A DNA stretch of 64,000 nt from Minisyncoccota bacterium (GTDB lineage Bacteria; Patescibacteriota; Minisyncoccia; UBA6257; GWB1-50-10): NCBI GenBank assembly GCA_041665265.1, contig JBAYJE010000001.1, positions 35,081 to 99,080 on the forward strand. Reading direction: 5' to 3'. The notes beneath the pieces were generated by a model. It did no database searches. It was not told where the DNA came from and saw nothing but the letters and a program-made list of their open reading frames with translations. Made by a program: the position numbers and the translations under genes. Below are positions 55,476 to 64,000 of the stretch, one piece after another (position 1 is the stretch's first letter; each line of letters begins with the position of its first letter).

Positions 55476-57182
55476 ATGAAGCAATCACATTATTTCTTAA
55501 AAACAAGCAAAACATTTTCTGAGGAAGATACTATTGTATCAGCAAGATTATTAAAGCAGGCAGGTTACATCCGCGAATCGGTTGCGGGTCGCTATTATTT
55601 CTTACCAATCGGACATAAGGTTCAGGAAAATATTATGCGCATTGTGAAGGAGGAGATGGACCAGGTAGGCGCACAAGAAATGGTTGCACCTATTTTACAT
55701 CCTCTTGAATTGTGGAAAGAGACGAATCGCACAAGTACTACCGGATTTGAATTGATGAAGGTGAAAGACAGGAGAGGTTCTGATTTTGCACTTGGGGGAA
55801 CTGCCGAAGAAATGTTTGTAGATCTCGTGCGTAAGTATCAGTTGAGTTATAAAGATTTACCATTTCATCTTTATCAATTTTCACCAAAATTTCGTGATGA
55901 ATTAAGATCTCGTGGAGGGTTATTGCGTGTACGCGAATTCATTATGAAGGATGGCTATTCATTTCATAGGAATGGAGAGGACTTCAAAAAGACGTACGAA
56001 GAAATGAAGAAAGTATATACGAATATTTTTAAACGTATGGGACTTCCGACCACGATGGTGGAGGCAGATAATGGGTATATTGGTGGTGAGTATTCACATG
56101 AATTTATTGTGGAATCAGAAATAGGGGAGAGTAGGTATTTTACTACTGAAAATGGAGCGTATGCAGCGCATGAGGACATTGCAAAATTTCAAAGGAAACC
56201 CGCAAACGCAAAAGAAGAGGTGGCATCATTTGAGATTGTTGAACAGCCAGCATGGGTAAAGACGATGGATGATAATGAGAAGCACTATAAAAAAGAGAAG
56301 AGTAATTTCTTGAAAAATGTGGTGTATAAGAATAGTTCAAACGGGGAAATTATCATCGCAGTGGTTACTGGTGATCTTGAAGTAAATAAAGTAAAACTTG
56401 AAAATGTACTTCATGCGACGGGACAACTTGTTCCCGCAGAAGATGGTGACCTTGAGAAAATAGGAACAAAGCATGGATATGTGCACTGCTGGGGTCATAA
56501 AGGTGTGCGTTATATTGGGGATATAGTTTTACAAAATGCACGTAATTTAATTGGGGGGCAGAAAGAAGATACTACTGATTCTATTAACGTAAATTATGGC
56601 CGTGATTTTACCTGTGAATTGCTTGCCGATATTGCAGCCGCGAAGCCGGGAGATCGTGCAGAAAATGGAGATGAGCTTCTTGAGAGGCGTGGTATTGAAG
56701 TAGGAAATACATTTCAACTTGGATATTACTATACAAATCTTATGAAGGGTGCCGTGTATAAGGATGAGGACGGTTCAGAGAAGCCTTATTATATGGGATG
56801 TTATGGTATTGGTATTGGGCGCACTATGGCGACCTTAGTGGAGTCATTTCATGACGAGAAAGGAATTATGTGGCCAGAAAGTGTGGCACCATTTCGAGTA
56901 CACCTTCTCTCATTGGGGACAATGACTGAAGATTTGAAAAAAAGTGCAGAAGCGCTATATACTACTCTTACCTCACGAGGAATTGAGGTGCTCTACGACG
57001 ATAGGGAACAGGTATCGGCAGGTGAGAAGTTTAGTGATGCTGATCTCATCGGCATTCCTTGGAGAGTAGTAATTAGTGCAAAAACAATTGAAAAGGGGAA
57101 GTACGAATTAAAACACCGTATGAAAAAGGAGGTGATGATGGTAAACGAGCAGGAACTTCTCGAGCATATTCAAGTGAAATAA
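55476..57182 (+). CDS. proS: Prolyl-tRNA synthetase (bacterial type, class II)
   Basis: Class II motifs 1-3, insertion/editing-like domain, C-terminal anticodon-binding domain. 568 aa. Confidence 0.9.
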   Translation: MKQSHYFLKTSKTFSEEDTIVSARLLKQAGYIRESVAGRYYFLPIGHKVQENIMRIVKEEMDQVGAQEMVAPILHPLELWKETNRTSTTGFELMKVKDRRGSDFALGGTAEEMFVDLVRKYQLSYKDLPFHLYQFSPKFRDELRSRGGLLRVREFIMKDGYSFHRNGEDFKKTYEEMKKVYTNIFKRMGLPTTMVEADNGYIGGEYSHEFIVESEIGESRYFTTENGAYAAHEDIAKFQRKPANAKEEVASFEIVEQPAWVKTMDDNEKHYKKEKSNFLKNVVYKNSSNGEIIIAVVTGDLEVNKVKLENVLHATGQLVPAEDGDLEKIGTKHGYVHCWGHKGVRYIGDIVLQNARNLIGGQKEDTTDSINVNYGRDFTCELLADIAAAKPGDRAENGDELLERRGIEVGNTFQLGYYYTNLMKGAVYKDEDGSEKPYYMGCYGIGIGRTMATLVESFHDEKGIMWPESVAPFRVHLLSLGTMTEDLKKSAEALYTTLTSRGIEVLYDDREQVSAGEKFSDADLIGIPWRVVISAKTIEKGKYELKHRMKKEVMMVNEQELLEHIQVK

Positions 57183-57189
57183 TATTACA

Positions 57190-58215
57190 ATGATATTCAA
57201 GAAAATCATCGGTATCGATTTAGGCACAGACACCACACAAATATATCTTAAGGGTTCTGGTATTGTGGTAAACGAACCGACAATCGTAGCTTTCAATAAT
57301 AGGACTGACCACGTAGTAGCAGTAGGAACGGAGGCAAAGAAAATGCTTTCACGTACTCCTGCACATATCACTGCTATTCGTCCGATGAGTCACGGGGTGA
57401 TTGCTGATTTCGATATGGTAAAGGAAATGTTACAGCATTTTTTGAAGAATGAACGTATCCCATGGTCATGGGTAACTGAAACAGTGGTAAGTGTTCCTAC
57501 TAATCTTACTGAGGTGGAAAGAAAGTCTGTAGAAGATTTACTTCATGAGGTAGGTGCAAACAAGGTCTATCTCATTGAACAGCCACTTGCTGCTGCATTT
57601 GGAAGTCGTCTTGATATTAATATGCCTTCCGCATTTCTTGTGGTAGATATTGGTGCGGGCACGACTGACATGGCAATCATTTCAATGAACGGTATCGTTG
57701 TTTCAAAGCGTCTTAAGATTGCAGGAGACTTTTTAAATAATGAAATTATAAAAGGGGTTCGTGATGAGTTACGGTTACACATTGGAGAACCAACCGCAGA
57801 GGAGATTAAAATTGCAGTGGGATCAGCTATGGCAACGGGTGAAAAGCTCGAACTCACTATTCGTGGGCGCGATGTTGGAAATGGACTCCCACGCGAAATT
57901 ACGATTCGTGACACACAGGTGCGTATGTGGCTTGTGCGCCCCTTAAAGCTCGTGGTAGAGGCCCTCAAGGACCTTATTGAGTCAGCACCACCAGAACTTG
58001 TAGGTGATATTTATAAGAATGGTATGTATGTGTGTGGGGGAGGAAGTCTCTTGCGCGGCATCGCGCAGGTTATCGAAAAAGAGATTGGGGTGAATGTACA
58101 AATTGTGGAAGATCCGCTTACCTGTGTTGCCCGTGGTTCAGGACTTGTGTGTGAGCATTTCGACGAGCACAAACACTTACTGAATAATTTTTCACGACTG
58201 AAGCTTGATGATTAG
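57190..58215 (+). CDS. mreB: MreB paralogue (actin-like rod-shape protein) heading an mreBCD-pbp2 cluster
   Basis: IGIDLGTDTTQIY phosphate-1, GGGS phosphate-2 region. 341 aa. Confidence 0.8.
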   Translation: MIFKKIIGIDLGTDTTQIYLKGSGIVVNEPTIVAFNNRTDHVVAVGTEAKKMLSRTPAHITAIRPMSHGVIADFDMVKEMLQHFLKNERIPWSWVTETVVSVPTNLTEVERKSVEDLLHEVGANKVYLIEQPLAAAFGSRLDINMPSAFLVVDIGAGTTDMAIISMNGIVVSKRLKIAGDFLNNEIIKGVRDELRLHIGEPTAEEIKIAVGSAMATGEKLELTIRGRDVGNGLPREITIRDTQVRMWLVRPLKLVVEALKDLIESAPPELVGDIYKNGMYVCGGGSLLRGIAQVIEKEIGVNVQIVEDPLTCVARGSGLVCEHFDEHKHLLNNFSRLKLDD

Positions 58216-58229
58216 CCTTTTTCCTTGCC

Positions 58230-58928
58230 ATGAGAACATTCAAAGGATTTTTACGGGCAATATTTCTTGTTATATGTTTTGTCATTCTTGTTTTCTTTCG
58301 TAGGGAAGCGAGCGATTTTTTTTCATACTCACGGAATTTCGTCGTGCATTTTTTTGATTCCGCGTATAGCTATCAAGCATTCAATGATCTTACATTAGAA
58401 AAAGCATCTCTTGAGCGTGAATTGACTACTATAAAAAACGCTTCACAAACGGAAGGGAAAGAAAACAATCTTATATATGCAGAGGTATACTCACGCTACC
58501 CTTTTAATGATAAAAGTTCTCTTATAATAAATAAGGGATCAGCGGATGGCATTGCAGTAGGCATGCCAGTACTTGCAGCTCCCTATATTTTATTGGGAAA
58601 AGTAAAAGCAGTAAAAACAACACAAAGCGAGGTAGAAACTATTTTTAGTCCAGATTGGAAGACGAGTGCATTTGTGGGGGCAACGCGTGTAAAAGCGATT
58701 GTGCAAGGTAGTACTCCTCCGCGTCTCGAACTTGTTCCTAAGGATGCGGTACTTGTAGAGGGTGATGCTGCTACGAATAGTGCTCCCGAATTTCCTTTAG
58801 GGCTTCTTGTGGGAACAGTAACTACACTTCATGATGACGAGAAGAAGGTGTGGCTTACCTCTGATATTGAAACACCATATCGCATTGAAGACTTGAGATC
58901 AGTACTCGTGCTCACTCATTTTCCTTAA
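58230..58928 (+). CDS. mreC: Rod-shape-determining protein MreC
   Basis: N-terminal TM, coiled-coil (LEKASLERELTTIKN), C-terminal beta domains with GMPVLA...LGKVKAV pattern. Position between mreB and mreD. Confidence 0.6.
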   Translation: MRTFKGFLRAIFLVICFVILVFFRREASDFFSYSRNFVVHFFDSAYSYQAFNDLTLEKASLERELTTIKNASQTEGKENNLIYAEVYSRYPFNDKSSLIINKGSADGIAVGMPVLAAPYILLGKVKAVKTTQSEVETIFSPDWKTSAFVGATRVKAIVQGSTPPRLELVPKDAVLVEGDAATNSAPEFPLGLLVGTVTTLHDDEKKVWLTSDIETPYRIEDLRSVLVLTHFP

Positions 58929-58934
58929 TTATTT

Positions 58935-59408
58935 ATGCAACTCGCAAATCGTATTGCTGTTCTCTTTCTTCTTTCTGTATTCTTTTTTTTCCTCCAACAA
59001 GGAGGATTCCTCTCAATAGGTGGTGTAATTCCTAATCTTATTCTTCTTCTTTTTCTCGCATATATTTTCATTGGTGTGGTGTCTCTTGCCCTTTTTTTCT
59101 TTGGTATTGCTTTTATCGTATTAACCTTAGTGTGGGTTCCTTTTTGGCTTCCCGAGATACTAATTCTTCTTCTCACTCTCTTGTGTATCATCCTTCTCCG
59201 TCGTTTTTTTACCGGAAATCCTCATATTGATTTCTTTATAAGCATTGTAGTCGGAACATTTCTTTTCTACGGACTTCTTTCCCTTTTCAGCATTTCTGTT
59301 TTTTCATTTGGTAGTATCACGCGAGAGCTTGTATACTCGGGGGTAATAGGCGTGTGTCTATGGATGGCTGTAAAGCGCTTTGGGCAGCGCGCACGCCATA
59401 TAAAGTAA
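58935..59408 (+). CDS. mreD: Putative MreD (5-TM membrane protein)
   Basis: Small polytopic protein between mreC and PBP2. Assignment rests on conserved gene order. Confidence 0.4.
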   Translation: MQLANRIAVLFLLSVFFFFLQQGGFLSIGGVIPNLILLLFLAYIFIGVVSLALFFFGIAFIVLTLVWVPFWLPEILILLLTLLCIILLRRFFTGNPHIDFFISIVVGTFLFYGLLSLFSISVFSFGSITRELVYSGVIGVCLWMAVKRFGQRARHIK

Positions 59409-59415
59409 GAATGTT

Positions 59416-61284
59416 ATGAAACGGGGAACATCTATTCAAATTGAAGACGTGCTTGCAAATCAAGTGGGGGAGGAGAACCTTATTGAGGTCCCAGTTGCTA
59501 CTCGCGCATTTTATGCGTTACTCATAGTGGGGTCACTTATTATTGGTACAATACTGGTGCAATTTTTAACTATCGGAGTAATAAAGAAAGATGCATATGT
59601 TGCACGTGCACTGGATAATGTGAGTGATACAAAGGTAAAGCCCGCACCACGTGGAATTATTTTTGATCGGTTTGAAAAGGCACTCGTAAAGAATGAACCT
59701 TCTTTTAATGTTTTTTTACTTCCCAAGCTCTTACCTGAGGGTCCAGAGGCTCGCAACCTTGCGATTGAGCGCATCGCAACTATTATCAACGTGGACACTG
59801 CGACGCTTGTAGAGAAACTTAAGAAAAAGGATTGGAATTTGAGTGATAAATTATTTCTTATAAATGATGTAAGTCAGGAACAGCTTGTAGAACTTACCTC
59901 ATCTGAGGGACTTGGCGTTCGTATTGAAGACGGGTTTAAACGAGAACACGCGGTTCCATTCGCATTTTCACAACTTATCGGATACACAGGTCTTGTGGGA
60001 GAGAGCGACCTTGCAGAGAATGAGAGTCTTGTGCTTGATGATCAAATTGGACGGAGTGGACTTGAAGACTATTATGATTCCTATCTTCGTGGTATCAATG
60101 GAAAGGAAGTAACATTTCGAAATGCAAAAGGTGTTATGCAGGGTGAGCAGGTGGAAAAGGAGTCAAAGCCAGGGAAAAGTATAAAAACATTTATTGATAA
60201 AGAATTTCAGGAATATTTTTATTCTCGTTTTAAGGAGGGTCTTACCGCACTCGGGCGTGATGTTGGTGTTGGTATTGCAATGAATCCTGAAAATGGAGAA
60301 GTGCTTGCACTTGTGGGAACTCCAGGATTTGAAACAGGAAAAATTGCGGCAGCATTGAATGACCCACGGAAACCACTTTTTAATCGTGCGGTAAGTGGAG
60401 TATATAATCCTGGTTCAACTATTAAACCACTCGTAGCAACGGGAGCACTTACCGATGGAATGATAGTACCTGAAAAAGAAATTTTTTCTCCAGGGTACAT
60501 AGAGTTGCCTAATCCATATAGTCCTGACAAGCCAAGCCGTTTCCTTGATTGGAAACCGCAAGGATGGGTTGATGTGTATGCGGCACTTGCGAGATCGAGT
60601 AATGTTTATTTTTATGAAGTAGGTGGAGGATTTGAAGCTCAAAAAGGACTCGGGATTATGGGACTTAATAAATGGTGGGAACTTTTTGGTCTTTCGCGGA
60701 AAACAGAAATAGATCTTCCGAATGAGAAGGTTGGATTTTTACCAACCCCTGATTGGAAGGAAAAGAAAACCGGACAGCCGTGGCGCATCGGAGACACTTA
60801 CAACGTTTCTATCGGACAGGGAGATTTTTCGATTACTCCAATTGAGTTAGTAAATTATATTGCGGCAATCGCAAATGGAGGTACTTTTTATAGGCCGCGT
60901 ATATTAGATGTAATTACCGACGGATCAGGAAAGGAGATGCTTCGGAGTTACCCAAGTACTCTTTTCGATATTCGTACTATGATTGCAAAAGCCGTTCCTG
61001 AGGTGCAAAAAGGTATGCGTGACGGAGTTCAAAAGTCATACGGTACCGCAAATCTTCTTGCGAGTCTTCCTTTTGAGTCGGCAGCAAAGACAGGAACAGC
61101 CCAGATTGAAAATAATTCGAAAACAAATGCCTTTTTCGTGGGATACGCACCTTATAAGAATCCTAAGATTGTAATTCTTGTACTTATCGAAAATTCTCGT
61201 GAAGGGAGTCATAATACAATCCCCATAGCAAAAGATGTGCTCCTGTGGTACTATAACAATCGGTTAAAAGGACAGGATAAATAG
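59416..61284 (+). CDS. mrdA: Penicillin-binding protein 2 (elongasome transpeptidase)
   Basis: N-terminal TM, PBP dimerisation domain, transpeptidase motifs STIKP, SSN, KTGTA. Confidence 0.85.
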   Translation: MKRGTSIQIEDVLANQVGEENLIEVPVATRAFYALLIVGSLIIGTILVQFLTIGVIKKDAYVARALDNVSDTKVKPAPRGIIFDRFEKALVKNEPSFNVFLLPKLLPEGPEARNLAIERIATIINVDTATLVEKLKKKDWNLSDKLFLINDVSQEQLVELTSSEGLGVRIEDGFKREHAVPFAFSQLIGYTGLVGESDLAENESLVLDDQIGRSGLEDYYDSYLRGINGKEVTFRNAKGVMQGEQVEKESKPGKSIKTFIDKEFQEYFYSRFKEGLTALGRDVGVGIAMNPENGEVLALVGTPGFETGKIAAALNDPRKPLFNRAVSGVYNPGSTIKPLVATGALTDGMIVPEKEIFSPGYIELPNPYSPDKPSRFLDWKPQGWVDVYAALARSSNVYFYEVGGGFEAQKGLGIMGLNKWWELFGLSRKTEIDLPNEKVGFLPTPDWKEKKTGQPWRIGDTYNVSIGQGDFSITPIELVNYIAAIANGGTFYRPRILDVITDGSGKEMLRSYPSTLFDIRTMIAKAVPEVQKGMRDGVQKSYGTANLLASLPFESAAKTGTAQIENNSKTNAFFVGYAPYKNPKIVILVLIENSREGSHNTIPIAKDVLLWYYNNRLKGQDK

Positions 61285-61335
61285 GGCATTTTGCCCCGCA
61301 ATAAGTGCGGGGTTGCCCATACCCAAAGGAAATTT

Positions 61336-61809
61336 ATGGCAACAAATAAAGTAAACAAAAATTATCTCACACAGGACAGATACAATGAGATTGTGTCTGA
61401 AATTGAGCAAATGAAGACCGAAGGACGAAAATCTGTTGCGGAGCGTTTACGTTTTGCAAAGGATCTTGGCGATCTTTCTGAAAATGCAGAATATCAGACC
61501 GCACGTGAAGACCAGACACGGCTTGAAGGACGTATTAATGAGTATGAAGAACTTATTCGCAACTCCTCTATTATTAAGAAGGAGGCGGTGGGCGTTACGG
61601 TGCGCATTGGTTCAAACATTAAAATAAAGAAGGGAAATCAGATAATTCAATACACGATTGTGGGATCAAATGAATCGAAGCCACTCGAGGGGTTCATTTC
61701 AAATGAGTCACCAATAGGACACGCACTTTTAGGAAAGAAAGTGGGTGAGAAGGCTTATGTAAAGGCACCGAGTGGTACAATTGAATACGAAATTGTCGAG
61801 ATAGGTTAA
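61336..61809 (+). CDS. greA: Transcription elongation factor GreA
   Basis: AAAGGA SD. Coiled-coil with acidic tip (GDLSENAEYQTARED), then FKBP-like C-domain. Internal ATG of table ORF 61291. Confidence 0.85.
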   Translation: MATNKVNKNYLTQDRYNEIVSEIEQMKTEGRKSVAERLRFAKDLGDLSENAEYQTAREDQTRLEGRINEYEELIRNSSIIKKEAVGVTVRIGSNIKIKKGNQIIQYTIVGSNESKPLEGFISNESPIGHALLGKKVGEKAYVKAPSGTIEYEIVEIG

Positions 61810-61822
61810 ATGTATTAAGCGC

Positions 61823-63268
61823 ATGCTCGAGGATATTATTCAGGAACGGCGCAAAAAACTTGAGGAATATAGGAAGACGGCTGATCCATACCCGGCGAAA
61901 TCCCACCGTGATATTACTATTGCGGATTTTTCTGCACGATTTACTGAATTAGAAAAAGAGGGAAAGGAGGTGATTATTGTGGGACGCGTAGGTGCATGGC
62001 GCGATCAAGGAAAGATTATTTTTGCCGATGTAAAAGATGAGAGTGGGCGATGTCAGGTGGTGCTCAACGAACGTGAATTTGAGGGGTTTGCGCGTGCGGC
62101 AACTACCACTGATCTTGGTGATTTTGTTGAGGTGAAGGGGACCCCATTTCTTACAAAGCGCGGAGAGCAAAGTATTCTTACAAAACAATTTCGTATTCTC
62201 ACAAAGAGTTTACGTCCCATTCCTTCTGAGTGGTATGGCATTGAGGACTCAGAATTAAAGTTGAGAAAGAGATATCTTGATCTCCTTACACATCCTGAAA
62301 CGCGCGATATATTTGTAAAAAAAGAGATTTTTTGGAGTACTATTCGCGATTTTCTTCGGGAGAAAGCTTTTCATGAAGTGGAAACACCCGTACTCGAGCC
62401 AGTACCAGGAGGCGCAGAGGCTGAGCCTTTTATGACTCATCATAATGCGCTTGATACTGATTTCTTTCTCCGTATCTCACTTGAACTCCCTCTTAAGAAA
62501 CTTTTGGTGGGAGGTTTTGAGAAGGTATTTGAGATGGGAAGGATTTTTAGAAATGAGGGAATTGATCGAGAACATCTTCAGGATTACACCCAGATGGAGT
62601 GTTATTGGGCATACGCGGATTATAAAGACATGATGGCTTTTGTGGAGGAGATGTATAAGAAGGCAATTATGAATGTATTTGGAAAACTTGAGACATCCTA
62701 TATGGGTACCACGATTGATTGGAGTACACCATGGCCTATGGTTGATTACTATGGAATTTTTGAGAAGGAAACAGGTATTAAATTACAAACAGTGACTGTT
62801 GCAGAACTTCTTGTAAAGGCAAAAGAATTTCATTGTGATGCTGATGCGAATGCAGGACGGGGAAGGCTCATCGATCTCATCTATAAGAAAAAAGTGAGGC
62901 CAAAATTGCAGCAGCCCTGCTTTCTTATCGACCCACCTGTTGATATTGAGCCATTAGCAAAGCGATTAGATAAAGATCAGAATCGTGTGGCTCGTTTTCA
63001 AGTCATCGCAGGAGGCACAGAGCTTGGGAAAGGTTTTTCAGAACTAAATGACCCTATAGATCAGCGTTCACGTTTTGAGGAACAGATGAAGTTACGAGAA
63101 GCAGGTGATAAGGAGGCGCAGCGCATTGATGAAGATTTTATTGAAGCGCTTGAGTATGGTATGCCGCCTGCTGCAGGGTTTGGGGTATCAGAACGACTCT
63201 TCGCGGTACTTATGGACAAGCCAGTACGTGAGACAGTCATCTTTCCCTTAATGAGAAAAGAACAATAA
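61823..63268 (+). CDS. lysS: Lysyl-tRNA synthetase, class II
   Basis: N-terminal OB anticodon-binding domain and class II catalytic core (FRNEGIDREHLQDYTQMECYWAY, GGTELGKGFSELNDP). Confidence 0.9.
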   Translation: MLEDIIQERRKKLEEYRKTADPYPAKSHRDITIADFSARFTELEKEGKEVIIVGRVGAWRDQGKIIFADVKDESGRCQVVLNEREFEGFARAATTTDLGDFVEVKGTPFLTKRGEQSILTKQFRILTKSLRPIPSEWYGIEDSELKLRKRYLDLLTHPETRDIFVKKEIFWSTIRDFLREKAFHEVETPVLEPVPGGAEAEPFMTHHNALDTDFFLRISLELPLKKLLVGGFEKVFEMGRIFRNEGIDREHLQDYTQMECYWAYADYKDMMAFVEEMYKKAIMNVFGKLETSYMGTTIDWSTPWPMVDYYGIFEKETGIKLQTVTVAELLVKAKEFHCDADANAGRGRLIDLIYKKKVRPKLQQPCFLIDPPVDIEPLAKRLDKDQNRVARFQVIAGGTELGKGFSELNDPIDQRSRFEEQMKLREAGDKEAQRIDEDFIEALEYGMPPAAGFGVSERLFAVLMDKPVRETVIFPLMRKEQ

Positions 63269-63273
63269 TATTT

Positions 63274-64000
63274 ATGCTTGATATTACATTTATTCGAGAT
63301 CATACAGACGCAGTAAAAGCGGGAATGGAAAAGAAGAAGCAGGATCCAAAAATCGTGGATAAATTTTTGCGCGCTGACGAAGAGTGGCGTGGGAAGGTAT
63401 CGACCTATGAGCAATTAAAAGCAGAACAAAATGCATTAAGTAAGCAGTTGTCTGCGGGACGAAGTGAAGATTTATTAAGTAAGGCACAATTTTTAAAAAA
63501 ACGTCTCGATGATCTTGAAAAGGAGCAGGATGCAGTGAAGGTAACACGTGACGAACTTCTTACTCGTATTCCAAACATTCCATTTGATGATGTGCCCGTA
63601 GGAAAAGATGAAACGGAAAATAAAGTGCTTCGTGAAGGAGGGGAGAAGCCCGTGTTTGATTTTACTCCCAAGGATTACCTCGCACTTGGAGAAAAGCTCG
63701 AACTTATCAATGTAAAAAAAGCATCTGAAGTTTCAGGAAGCCGTTTTGGATATCTTATGAATGAGGCGGCACTTATGGAGTTTGGTCTTATCAAGCTCGC
63801 ATTTGATACGATGGTTGCAAAAGGATTTACGCCCGCAGTTCCGCCGGTAATGATTAAGCCAAAGGTGTATGAGGGTATGGGGCGTCTTGCGGCCGACCAA
63901 AAGGCGGAGCGCTATTATTTCCCCGATGAAGATCTCTATCTTGTGGGAAGCTCAGAACATACGATGGGTCCTATTTTGATGAATGAGATTGTAAAAGAGG
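63274..64000 (+). CDS. serS: Seryl-tRNA synthetase (partial, runs off the window end)
   Basis: MLDITFIRDH.. N-terminal coiled-coil arm and start of class II core (GSRFGYLMNEAALMEFGLI). No stop within the window. Confidence 0.8.
   Translation, partial: MLDITFIRDHTDAVKAGMEKKKQDPKIVDKFLRADEEWRGKVSTYEQLKAEQNALSKQLSAGRSEDLLSKAQFLKKRLDDLEKEQDAVKVTRDELLTRIPNIPFDDVPVGKDETENKVLREGGEKPVFDFTPKDYLALGEKLELINVKKASEVSGSRFGYLMNEAALMEFGLIKLAFDTMVAKGFTPAVPPVMIKPKVYEGMGRLAADQKAERYYFPDEDLYLVGSSEHTMGPILMNEIVKE

Noticed and set aside
1-64000. Search for CRISPR arrays, rRNA or tRNA genes, and transposase or integrase genes.
   Set aside because: No direct-repeat/spacer periodicity and no rRNA- or tRNA-like intergenic sequences. 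The largest intergenic gaps (49524..49894, 26877..27066, 9140..9247) were inspected individually. No DDE, HUH or tyrosine recombinase-like ORF is present.

Overview
This is a 64-kb window of a compact, low-GC (about 40%) bacterial chromosome. The evidence points to an uncultivated lineage. Coding runs almost entirely on the + strand with short spacers. Many genes are bracketed by textbook TTGACA-17-TATAAT promoters and perfect GC hairpin plus T-run terminators. Nine promoters and about 18 terminators were read directly from the sequence. The housekeeping content is the tail of the ribosomal-protein cluster, infA-rpmJ-rpsM-rpsK-rpsD-rpoA-rplQ-rplM-rpsI. Here rpoA is a 247-aa alpha subunit with no C-terminal domain. 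There is a cell-shape and cell-wall block (mreB, holB, frr, rseP, proS, a second mreB, mreC, mreD, PBP2, greA, lysS, and serS that runs off the window end). There is a nucleotide-excision-repair operon, uvrA, a patatin-like gene, a short uvrC and nfo, with uvrB upstream. The window also carries tgt-queA, secDF, enolase, PEP synthase, a MOFRL-family glycerate kinase and a D-2-hydroxyacid dehydrogenase (a glycerate-to-PEP route), and a CcdA plus VKOR-type thioredoxin disulfide module. A cell-surface locus contains an OMP-like beta-barrel, a Fn3-rich protein with a C-terminal T9SS (Por) sorting domain, and a 775-aa Fn3/cohesin-like protein with a C-terminal TM anchor. The T9SS tail argues for a diderm FCB-group relative. 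Lamin-tail-domain and pilin-fusion proteins, and the very reduced gene complement, are also typical of candidate-phyla genomes. Accessory content of note: (i) a six-gene block at 38.3-45.7 kb, inserted between secDF and infA. It is built around a VirD4/TraG/TraD-like P-loop ATPase that has no membrane domain. It also holds a sigma-region-4/HARE-HTH protein, two N-terminally 2-TM proteins (one with an Rx4H HEPN-like motif), a degenerate actin-fold-like protein and a bitopic membrane protein. (ii) A recurrent 15-nt motif, ATGwAyCCCGTwAGA, at three intergenic sites. Each starts a short uORF (MxPVR...) that ends at or over the start codon of the downstream gene. Two of the sites carry a perfect long-range inverted-repeat partner over the gene start. 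(iii) An island of four monocistronic orphan genes, each with its own canonical promoter and terminator, plus an operator-like palindrome. (iv) A 143-bp highly structured palindromic element downstream of rpsI. (v) A terminator sub-family sharing a GCATAGYGC core. I found no rRNA, tRNA, CRISPR array or transposase.
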